Shown here: in pieces, positions 25,625-37,000 of the stretch | Numbering within the stretch: the first letter of the stretch is position 1 | Layout: each line of letters begins with the position of its first letter | NCBI GenBank assembly: GCA_030248215.1 | Contig: JASANG010000611.1 | Location: 434,001 to 498,000 of the forward strand | Source: Enoplolaimus lenunculus | Lineage: Eukaryota | Direction of reading: 5' to 3' | Length of the DNA stretch: 64,000 nucleotides | The notes under the pieces: model-generated | Database searches by the model: none | Told to the model about the DNA's origin: nothing | Seen by the model: the letters and a program-made list of their open reading frames with translations, nothing else | Translations under genes and position numbers: made by a program

Positions 25625-27073
25625 AGGCAAGGCAAAGACACTCTTGAATTCAACACGGGTTGCAAAAGGATGTAGTGATGTTGTAGCGTTGTTTGATATC
25701 TAGAAAAAATCCTTGTTACGCCATGTATACCTGTCGGCAACATGCATTACAAACGAAAGTTATCCACTTTTAATTACACAATTTACAATAACGCGATCGG
25801 CGACGTTATCTGTGTAGAGTGGAATGAAACGAAGGGCCACAAAGGCTCCGCCGAAACAGCAACAGCGCTCAATAGCGGCAATGTTTTTGCAATTTGTTAC
25901 TTACTCTGATGATTCTACCTGGAATCAATCAAGCACAATGTGAGTTTTGGTTTGTTTTTGTTTTATTACCAGCAAAAACGTACCACAATTCAACCGGATG
26001 GGAAAAACTCAGCATCTTATTTTATTTCACAGTTATTTCCGACATATCTATTAAGGTACCATCTGTTTTTAGCTTATATGTAGGAAGCATTGACATTTCT
26101 CTTTTGCATTTGTCTGTGTTCATGTTCTGAGAAAGGATGAGAGTTGCGGAATTAGGCAGGCGCTTGAGTTTGAGGTGAAAAGGGTGATGCCGAGAGGAAG
26201 GCCCAAAGGCAAGTTGGAGAGAGCAGATAGAGAAGGATTGTACTAAAGTAGGACTGCAAATCGAATTTGTCGGTGATCGCAAAATGTAAAGAAGGGGCGT
26301 GTATGAGTTTCGGAATGGATTATTTGATCGTTGATCTGTGTTGTCTTGTGTCATGCGGGAAACGCCAACCCCCGGTGCCGGGGAAAACGGCGTCATATGG
26401 CTTGTTGTTGTTGTTTGTGTTTTATCACTTCTTGGTCGGCTACTATAATTTCTCGATCATTTTTATAACACTTTGTGCGAGTCATTATTCTATCAAAGAA
26501 TAGTTCGCCGACTGCACATCTCTCACTAACTTACGCGTTTTGTTGTTACAGTTCATCGTTTCTGTACAGTTGCACATGGAGTGTAACAGCGCTCGCGCAC
26601 AAATTGCAATATGATCTACGTACCGGCTGACTGGATTAAAATCATGCAAGAAATCAAATACATTGTCTTCCAACCTGATATTGGTGAATGGAAAAATTGT
26701 CCACAATTAGCGAAGCGTTTACTGCGCAATCGTACAATTTATGCAACGCTTAAGGTGTGCATGCGTAGTATTAGAAAAAGACTACCGTGATTGACTCCTA
26801 AGCGACTGTTAAGGTTTTGCTTCAGGCATTATTTATGAAACTGGATATTACAGATCCTGTGTAGTAGCGGATTCCTTTTTATCGCAAATAAACAAGACGT
26901 TCATCTTCAAGAGAGTGGTAGCAGGTTCCAGTTAAATACAGAGTTGCCTGTCTTCCGATCACTCGCTAAAGATTGGCGAACCTGCATTCAATGGCGACTA
27001 AAACGTTTCTGCTGATGAGCGACCATTCTACTTCAACCTAGAAGCCGCTATAAATGAGGACAATGACGACTGA
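25625..27073 (+). pseudogene. Degenerate Sola1-like DDD transposase (frameshifts and stops), interrupted by an RTE insertion
   Basis: Collinear blocks: VVALFDI*K / ILVTPCIPVGNMHYKRKLSTFNYTIYNNAIGDVICVEWNETKGHKGSAETATAL (25709-25870); FVTYSDD (~25893-25913); VHRFCTVAH / HMECNSARAQI (~26545-26605); IYVPADWIKIMQE...LAKRLLRNRT (26611-~26735); LPITR*RLANLHSMATK / VSADERPFYFNL...EDNDD* (to 27073). The order matches the recalled FDLQK..YYKRKL..YN..W.E..G.RG.NE..SD..H..MECDS..IY.P..W pattern of Sola1-type transposases. Possible N-terminal vestige KVCFLTIF at 25209. Confidence 0.75.
26121..26415 (+). mobile_element. 5'-truncated RTE-clade LINE (ORF C-terminus, 3' UTR, (TTG)n tail)
   Basis: HVLRKDESCGIRQALEFEVKRVMPRGRPKGK / WREQIEKDCTKVGLQIEFVGDRKM*RRGV matches the RTE GHVLR...RGRP...W...DR..WR terminus. 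Ends in CTTGTTGTTGTTGTT. Confidence 0.8.
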
Positions 27074-28048
27074 GAATAATTGCAAAACCTGAATATAAAA
27101 TTTTGTGACTATTGAATGCAATCCCGCTGGAAAACTGAAGAGATGTAACGCACAACAGTGTTCAAAATTAACTAACCAGGCAATTCTCTGACAGACTACA
27201 AACAAAATCAACAAAATTAGGTTGCCATATTTACGTCATTTTTCAAACAAAAAAGGTAAATAAACATTTGGCTTAAACTATTTTTAAGAGAAAAGTGTTA
27301 AATTATCGTAGCACACAAACTATTTTTGCGTTAAAAGGACGAAAATGACAAGCAGTTAGCTGAAACCGGTTTTCTGGATGAAACTTGTGCTTTCAGAAAT
27401 GCTGTTATGAAGCACCACAGGGTCCTGTATATGTGTGTAGTTTGTCAAATTAACGAAACAAATTAATCAAGTAAAATGGTTTTAGCTTCGTGTCTAGTTT
27501 TAGTTTTTTGAGCTGTTACGACCTTCTTACTTTTAAACGTCGAAGTAAAAATCGGAGCTAAGAATATGAATATATACTTTTAAGTCGGTAAACACATACA
27601 TTTGCGCGACTCAAATACTACCACCAGTAACACAAAATTAGTTGCTATATCCGGTTAACGTCTGATTTCGGAAAAAATTACTGTCTGGTTACGGTATTGC
27701 CGAACGTTGACATTCAGTCGATTCATATGCTGCAGGTCGTGTAATACATAAAACAACCATAAGATGTTCGTTTATGTACATATAACGTTAAATTTCTATG
27801 TATAGAGTATAAAACACAGCTGAAAACCAGTAAAAGTTGCTGCACTGTCCATATCGCCCATTGTTACATTTCAAATTTTCTCCAGTTTTACATACGATTT
27901 TGTATAACTAAAAATTTACATCATCAGGCTGGTCATAATATTTGGCTTGTGGCACCTGGCCAACCATTTCCAGATTCTGGAGAATGATTGGTTTCCGTTT
28001 TATCTATATTTAGGACTTATATATTCACATAAAATACGTAACACAAGC

Positions 28049-31000
28049 ATGTCTACAATAAGTGACATGGAATTAAAGTTATTTATTGACCATGTGCGCG
28101 CGACAAAACCTCCTTATGATTGTCCGTTTGATGATTGCAAAAAACGTTATCGCAGTTATAATGGGATATGTTCACATCTTTCTCGCGATCATGGGTTTCA
28201 TTTCACCACAGAACCAATATCGCCACCTTCAGGCAAACAGTGCATACCTTCGATCAGTCGCAATTGGATAACAAATCGAGGTTAGGAATTTGGATACATA
28301 TAGTAATACATATCTTTATTTTATCAGTAGTGAATAGTTTAACGTTAAGCTTCAATTTTATAAATTTTGAAACAAAGTGCCTACGTTGTAATTTTCAAAA
28401 CGCTAAGGTTTTGGATTTTTCACTGCTAATAGTGACCTTACGTATTATTATTTATTACTTCGGTTATAGGCCGACGAACGAGTTTTGGTGCTTTAAGTCC
28501 ATCCATGAATTCCGATGTGATGCGTTCAAAATCACCAAGGGAACCTTTTTCTTACGCACAGTCACCACGCGTTGTTGATGCTGATATTGATGGTCAGATC
28601 TGTAAACTCAATGTTATGGAGCCACTAGAGGTGTGTCTTCATTGAAGTTAATTTGACAATATCTATTGTATTTACTTAAGTTGCATCTGGGTGAAGGTAT
28701 TCCGTGTATTCCAGGTATTTTCGCCGAAAAATTCCGGGTCCCGGATAAGCTTTCAGAAATTGCGGGTCCCGGATAAGCTTTCAGAAATTCCGGGTCTCAG
28801 ATAAGCTTTCAGAAATTCCGGGTCTATCTCTTCCTGGTCCGTGTTTTCACAAAAAAAATTGGCGGTTCAGGTTTTGTAAAAATGTTCTAACAATATATTC
28901 TCGGGCCAAAGTGATTTATTGCAAATGTATGTATTTGACCGTCGATTTCCAAATTAAGATTTTATAGAAGAGTTAACAATAAAATTAAGTTGATTCTCGC
29001 TCAAGAGGTTTCTTTCAGCTAGTGCTTACCTGGCAAACGGTTCGAATAGGCTAACATGACTTGCCTACCAGGGTTCAGCTGCAATTCCTGTTCCGGCCGG
29101 AATTGCTGCAAAAATTCAGTTTCTGCTCCTTCTTCGCAAACCTACAATACGATAATGAACCTATAATGTTTTATGTCAACTTTAGGGGCCAAAGAGCGGA
29201 TCTATAGGGATCCACCGCTGAAGCTATGCAAAAGCAAAAAAATTTCTTCGTTAGTACTTGAGAACGATAAAATATTGTATGGCTTCTCGCTTGAGAGTTC
29301 TGCTTCCTTCATCATTTCTTTCTTCCTCATTATTTTTTTCAGAGAATTATACCATATGTAGAAACTTCTTTAAGCTCGCTACACGCACAAGCAAAAGCGT
29401 TTTCCTGACGGTTAATCTTCAGAAGCGGTCGAGCTTTCGCAACTCCAGCAGGGATCGACCGAATATCCGGATCTGATTTAATATCGTGCAAAAAATCGAC
29501 ATCTGTTTCCAGTTCAGATATCCGTATGAAATTAAAATCAAAGACAACGATTAATTTTAAATCAGTAAACATATATTTTAAACGACTTAAATACTAGCAA
29601 CAGTACACATCCGAATAACATCCAGTTTCAGGGAAACATTTGCTATCCATCCGTCTCCGGTATCGGGTAAAATTAGTATTCGGTCGAACCTTTACTCCAG
29701 CTGAAATGGCCATTTTAGGCAAGATGACGCCAGGAAGAACGGTCCTGGCCAACCTGAGGTCCACCGCCAAGAAATCTTAGGTTCACCACTGGACTCTACA
29801 GAATAGACGTGTTAAACACGCGGAAGGATGTCTGGGTTTCTTACCCGTACATTTAAAGCAGAGAGGGTCCAATAACTATGTTGATCCCATTTTTTGGGCT
29901 CACGCAAACAGTTCTGTTTCAATTTATTCTTAAGACGGTCAGACAAAACTAGACAGGCTGACCGTAAAAAACTCGAGAAAGTGGCTTTGAAGGTAACTCG
30001 ATGGAAGCAGGAAACATTTTCGGTGCCGCATTTCATTGTATATCTGGCTTCTCCACAGCGTGGGCGGGGGGCCCCTTAGCACTTTTCGAAATTTTCATTT
30101 TCCCCCCGGCGAAAATTTTGCCGCCCCCAGGAAATCCCCCCGCCGAATTTTCGGCCGCCCCCCAGCAATTTTTTTGCTGGGGGCCCCCAGGACTTTTCTA
30201 AGCCAAAAATTTTCAATGTTAAAACATAAAGACCTGGACTTTTTTTGAGGCGGACATTCGGCAAAATGTGATTTTATATTACGCTGAGTACTCATAATTT
30301 TTAATAGCGTTACAAATACCGGTAGTAACTAGTACAATTCAATAATGAACTGAAAAAAGCACAATTATATAAAGACCGTTCGGGGCATACAGCATTCGAA
30401 AGTACCTTGCAGCAACAAGTTCAACCCGCCTGAGCCTTATGATAAACTGAAGCTGTGACTAATATATAAAATATATGTTAATCACAGTTTCAAATATAGA
30501 TTATCTATATTTTATATATTTGTGCTTCTTTCAACTTCTGGTAAAGTTGTCAGTAATATTAGTTAAAATTATTGTTATTAGCGTTTGCGGGGAATTTTTG
30601 TCATGTTGAGTGATGAGTAATCTTCAGTTGAGTTGGAAACACGATCTAGAATAAAAAATGGTTCAAAAAGTCGGCTTGCAAAATTTTGAGCCTGCCCCCC
30701 AGGACCCCCAGATCATCTGGGGGGCCCCAGGAAAACAAGAAACGCCCCCCGGCGGAAATTTTCAAGCTGTGGAGAAGCCAGTATATATAAGGTGTGCCTC
30801 GTCGGAAACTTCTGGATTCACCATTTGTGAACTCAGATTTAATATATATTTTGCGCCATGCCTTCGACCCTACGGAACCGGCACCAAGTAAGGCCACGTT
30901 AGAACTATAAAAACAAATAATTTCATAGAAATTAGTCGAAACTCAAAACATGTCAAGATTACTACAACCATTTGTTTTGTTGTTCAGGTGCTTGTTGTGG

Positions 31001-34000
31001 ACGAAAATGTACCTCCAGAGAAAAAATCGCCAAGCGCAAAGCAAATTTCTCCGAAAGGTAAATCACCACGTAATAAATTAATAACGGTTTTAAGTAAAGA
31101 AAATGCTTTTTGACGACTGCAAATAACGAGAAAGTTTTTTCGAAGATTTTTATACGTGCCTAGTTCTTAGCTGACATTTGCTAAAAGTATTAGCAAGCTT
31201 AAAGCTTTTTGCTGACTTTGTATTGTTAGGGAACAAACGTAAATTAATTAAAGTAATTCTTGGTATCACTTAACATCATTTAGGGTTTAAAGCGCCAGAC
31301 CCGTTGTTCAGGGTGATTGAAACTTTTGCGCCACCGCCGACTGAGGGTTTTCCAAAAACTGGCGCATACATTCGCTACATCGAAAAAAGCGCAGAAGAGC
31401 AGGAAGAAGAAATCGAATATGATATGGATGAAGAGGTATGTGTGAATAGCGTTATCAACTGTTTAAGTCAAAATGGCGGTATACTATTTCAAATTCACCG
31501 CAGTTAGGCAAGTGCGTAGCTATATTAACCTATTTTCTATGATTGGATTGAAGTAATAGACCACAATTTGCTTCTCACTTTATTTTTACCCACTTATTTT
31601 ATTCTTGCTCTTACTAAAGTAAAGATTAAGGAATTAACATTTTTCAATTACAATTGTAGTGTTCTAGATGTTACAACATCCATAGCGGGAATTTATATTT
31701 CATATTCACAGGATTGTGCGTGGCTGTCGCTAATGAATGATCGACGGCGTAAAGCTTCTGTTACTGCTGTCAGTGACGAAACGTTTGAACTACTGATGGA
31801 TAGGTTAGAGAAAGCGTCTCATTTTCAAAGCCTAGAGTCTCCAGACGCAGCTACGGCTGATTCTAACGGAAATAACACTACCGCCGCTAGCATTGACGAT
31901 GATGCAGTGTGTTGCGTGTGCAATGATGGGGATGCCGAAAATACAAATGCAATACTGTTTTGCGATATGTGCAACTTGGCCGTGCATCAGGTTTAATAGA
32001 TTTAGGCTTATGGGCTTTGTTTTCGTAAAGCGTAGAGTCGTAGACCTTAGGAATTGCAATAAAATTAAACATGTTACAGTAAAGCGGTAACACCGGGTAA
32101 TGTCTGGGGTTTCACAGGAACGATTCTTGAGGCCGAAATTGATGAAAAATTCAAATTCTGTGCCTACTCCGGTGTTGAGATATGCAAGAAGCGGAATTTT
32201 TACGGTTTTGTGGCAAATTACGAAGCTTAAACATTTTTGCGTCTCAAAAAATTTGCTGAAACTCAGCTTCTTTTCACATCAAAATTTCATGGACCAAACA
32301 TAGATTTTTATTCAGTTTTTGATTTTGTGGTTACACCTCAATTTCAGTTAACTAACTTTCTAATGTTTACAGGAGTGCTATGGTGTGCCTTATGTGCCTG
32401 AAGGCCAGTGGTTATGTCGGCGTTGCCAAATGTCTCCAAGCTGCGCTGTCGACTGCGCGCTGTGCCCGAATAAAGGTGGCGCTTTTAAACAAACCAGTGA
32501 TGGCAGATGGGCGCATGTTATTTGCGCGCTCTGGGTGCCTGAGGTCCAATTTGCGAACACAGTCTTCCTGGAACCTATTGAAGGATTTGAACGAATACCG
32601 CCTGCCCGCTGGAAATTAAGTTGCTATGTGTGTAAGCAGCGTGGCTCTGGTGCTTGTATACAATGTCACAAACCAACATGCTATACCGCATTTCATGTGA
32701 CGTGTGCGCAGCATGCTGGGTTGTATATGAAAATGGAACCTGTGCGTGATATATGCCCATCCGGGGCTACACTGTCTGTGAAGAAAACGGCATTTTGTGA
32801 TACGCATGCACCTCATGGATATGATGATGACGAAATGGCGGACAAGTTAGTATATTTTTAAATAAGTTTCGATTTAAAGGAGCAGTTTTACTCCTCTTAT
32901 TATTCGTTTTGACAGGGCCTTCCATACCACACGTATACACTTTCATTTCTAGACTGTTGTATATTTCGTAACCCAACGCAAAAATTTAACTGCGCCTTAT
33001 ATGCAGCAGAAATTTTGTTCAAGCCAAAGTTGTAGTTTAGTTATCTTCTCTACCTGTAGATTTGTACACGGTAGTATGTAGTTGTAAACTTTGGAAATTA
33101 TAACCCTCGTGTGTGCTTTGAAAAATTTCAGCGTTAATGAACGTAAGCAACAAGCGCAGTTGAAGATTCGAAAAGCAAGAAAACTACTTGCAGTGCAACG
33201 AAATTCTGCACCAACTGTTTCAATTCCGGTTATACCAAGAAAACAGTAAGTTTCAGATTATTATCGCGCAATGCAGCGTACTGCGATAGGAGTAGCACTG
33301 GCAGATAAAGTTAACGTCATCTTTCAATATGCTACCATCAGGGTGCAGAAGGAACTGAAGTATACAGGAATTCAGATCAGTATAACTATTTTAACGTACA
33401 TGTGATTTATGCTTCTATGATAATTTGCACGACTATATAAGAAATGCTAGTCGAGAATTGTTATAAGCACGGGTTGTTATGAAACTTAGCAGAACTGCAG
33501 GCAATTGAGCATTTAAAGGGGGCAAAAACCTAAATCAATTTTGTTTTGATTAAATTCTGTACTTCTTGTTCGTGGGATTGCGATCAAATTATATTTTTGC
33601 AGGCTGGACGAAATTGCTAGTCTTGTAAAAATGTCAGGAAAGCAAGAGTTTTTCGATCGTTTGGTTGCTTTTTGGACGCTGAAACGCAAAAATCGATTCG
33701 GAGTTCCGCTTCTACGCCGACTTCAAGTGTTTCATCAAAATAAACGCTTGCAGGTAATTGTTTGAGCGAAGAGAAACTCCGAGCGAAGCTCGGAGTTTCG
33801 CGAAGCGTTTTATGTTTTGTACTTGGGGGTCGAAAGGTGGATGTCCGTCCGTCCGTCTGTCCGTCCGAAAAGAATCTCAGGAACGACTGAACCGATTTTC
33901 ATAAACTTTTTTTGTTTGAAAGCCAATTATCCTGGGGTGTTAACCTCGCATTGGGGTTTTAAAATTTTAAGCCGTTTATTAGCTACAGGCTAATTTGCAT

Positions 34001-37000
34001 AATTAATTAAGCTCTATTAGGACTTTCCACAACACTTCACTAATTATTACAGTTAGAGGCAATCTAATTTTAGCATTAAAGGGTTTTTGGATGCGAGAAA
34101 TCTTCGTAGATTCTTCACAAACCCCCAAAACCGATAACTGAGCAGTTAGCTAATAGATAATTTGCATATTATCATAGTTTATAAACCTAAATTAGACTTT
34201 TTACAATATTTCAATAATTATTACAGTTAGAAGCAATATAATTTCAGCACTGAAGGGTTTTTAGGTGCGAGGAATTTGAATAAATTGTTTACAAACATCC
34301 AAAACCGATAATTAAATAGTTAGCTAATAGCTAATTTGCATATTAACTTAATTGACAAGACAAAATTAGGATTTTTTAAATTATTTCAATAATTATTAGG
34401 GTTTCCTTAGGGTTTTTTGGTGCGAGGAGTCTGAATAAATTGTTTAAAAACGTGTAAAACCGATAATTGAGTAGTTAGCTAATATATAATTTTCTTGTAA
34501 GTATAATTGATAAGCCTAAATTAGGCGCTTTTACAATGTTTCACTAATTATTAGGGTTACAAGCAATCTAATTTCAGAAATAATGGGTTTTCAGGTGCGA
34601 GGAATCTGAATAAATTGTCTACAAACCTTTAAAAGCGATTATCGAATAGTTAGCTAATAGATGATTTGCATATTTGCTTAATTGACGAGACAAAATTAGG
34701 ACTTTTTAAATTACTCCAATAATTATTAGGGTGGTTGAAGGGTTTTTGGGTGCGAGGAATCTGAGGAAATTGCTTACAAACCTCCAAAAGCGATAAATGA
34801 ATAGTTAGCTAATAACTAATTTGCATATTACCGTACTTGCTTACGTGTCTTCAAGCTTCGCCCAATAAATGTAGTCCCACTACGACTGATTTCATTCTTT
34901 AAGAAGTTAAATTATCAATAGTGTTTTCGTATAAATACAGAACCGATTTGCATACACAGCCGCTAAAGGTTCCTGTGCTAGTTTTCATGAGCAGTCTCTC
35001 AAAACCGATTTATATATTTTTATTTATTTTAATTTTAGCAAGAAAAGCAGCAAAACGTCGAACTTCAAGCTGAAGCTGCAGCATGGAGGCGTTTACGCCA
35101 GGATTTGGAGCGTGTCCGCATATTGCTGGAGCTTGTAAAGTCTAGAGAGCGAACGAAGCAAAGGGCGGTACGTACAGTACGCTTAGAGATAACATTATTA
35201 AATATTGTTACCTTTTGTTTTATCTACTTTAAGCATAAAGTAATATATATTTAAGCATAAAATAATTTATATTTAGTTTTGAGTTTAAATATTTCTTCTT
35301 TTAATGGCTTTGTTTTGCTTCGCTAGATTGTGGAAACTTAATTACGTATTTGAGCTGCAGTTTGTTGTTTAATGTCTCTCCAAACATTCCGTGCGTATAG
35401 CGTGAAGCTAAGATATTTGTCGGCGTCGCCAAATAAAGTAATCTTTGGTTTGTTTTCAGATGGTATTGCTTGGAAAAATCTTGGAACTTAAGTTGAAGCC
35501 GTTATCAATGTTTTTGTTAGATGTGATTGATAAAATACAAGCCAAAGATACGTCGAATGTTTTTGCGTATCCCGTGCCAGAAGCTGAGGTTCGTGAACGT
35601 GCCCACGATATGGCGTTTTTGTCTACGGCGCATATTCGCCGCAACATTACATTAAAAACTGATAATAATGTCTAAACACATTTGCCTTTTGTTTCGATAC
35701 AAAGATACGTCGAATGTTTTTGCGTATCCCGTGCCAGAATCTGAGGTTTGGGAACGTGCCTGCGATCTGGCGTTTTTGCCTACGGCGCATATTCGCCGCA
35801 ATATTACATTAAAAACTGATAATAATGTCTAAACACATTTGCCTTTTGCTTCGATACAAAGATACGTCGAATGTTTTTGCGTATCCCGTGCCAGAATCTG
35901 AGGTTTGTGAACGTGCCCACGATGTGGCGTTTTTGCCTACGGCGCATATTCGCCACAACATTACATTAAAAACTGATAATAATGTCTAAACACATTTGCC
36001 ATTTGTTTCGATACTATGGTTGACAGTTACTACGGATTATAAAAATTGTAGGTTAGAAGAGCGTGCTGTAACATATTAACTGTTTTCAGGTCCCTGGTTA
36101 TCGAAATATCATAAAGAAGCCCATGGACTTTACAACAATGAAACGCAAAACATTATGTTGTCAGTATAAACAACTCTCGGATTTAGAATCTGATTTCAAA
36201 TTGATGATTGACAACTGTATAAAGTTTAATCCGAAGGATAGTGTATTCAACAAGATTGGTCATAAAGTTCGGCGTGAGGTAAGTATTGAACTAATTAATT
36301 TGCAGCTGAGTTATTGTGTGTGTAAATACTGATTAACCCGGCACCCATTTGCGCAGCCAAGGGTTACGCTTTCAGCATCTGCCGCTTAATTTTTGTCCAG
36401 GAATTTGTATTAGCAATTTCACTTGGTAGCACGTAAAACACCGCTTTTAAATTTTTATAGAATATAACCCACTCCTTATGAAACTCTTGGGTACGCGCCT
36501 GTCAACGTTTTTTGGGATTTTGCAAATTTTTGCTATTATGCTAGCACATATACATCAGTTATATTTTAGGGGTTGGCTGTTATTCAGTCATCACGTGCTA
36601 TGGAAAAACAGAACAAGTACGACTCCAAAAGTGGTTTTCCTGTCGATAATGACTCAATTGATATCGATGTGACTATGGCTGTCGCGTTGAAAAGTACAGG
36701 GAGTATTTTGTATTTTGTGGAAATAGGGCATTCATCTAATCGCCAATACTATTAAATTGGATGTTTGTATCCAAATTACCTATATCGCTTTGGTTTTAAG
36801 TATGCAAATAACTGATGAACTTAAATAGTGGCAAAGAATAGCCATCGAATGTCTTCTTAAGTTTGTTATGAATCCGATTATTGTTTGATTTAATTTCAGA
36901 GTGTTTTGAGCGAATGGAAGAACAGTTTATCGATTCATATTCCGAATGTAAGTTTTTTGATTATACTTTCACAATTTAATGCTTTTGTGGGAAACAAAAA

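Noticed and set aside
30001..30897. Cluster of Pro/Gly-rich ORFs on both strands
   Set aside because: They arise from the GC-rich subterminal regions of the 30044-30781 MITE.
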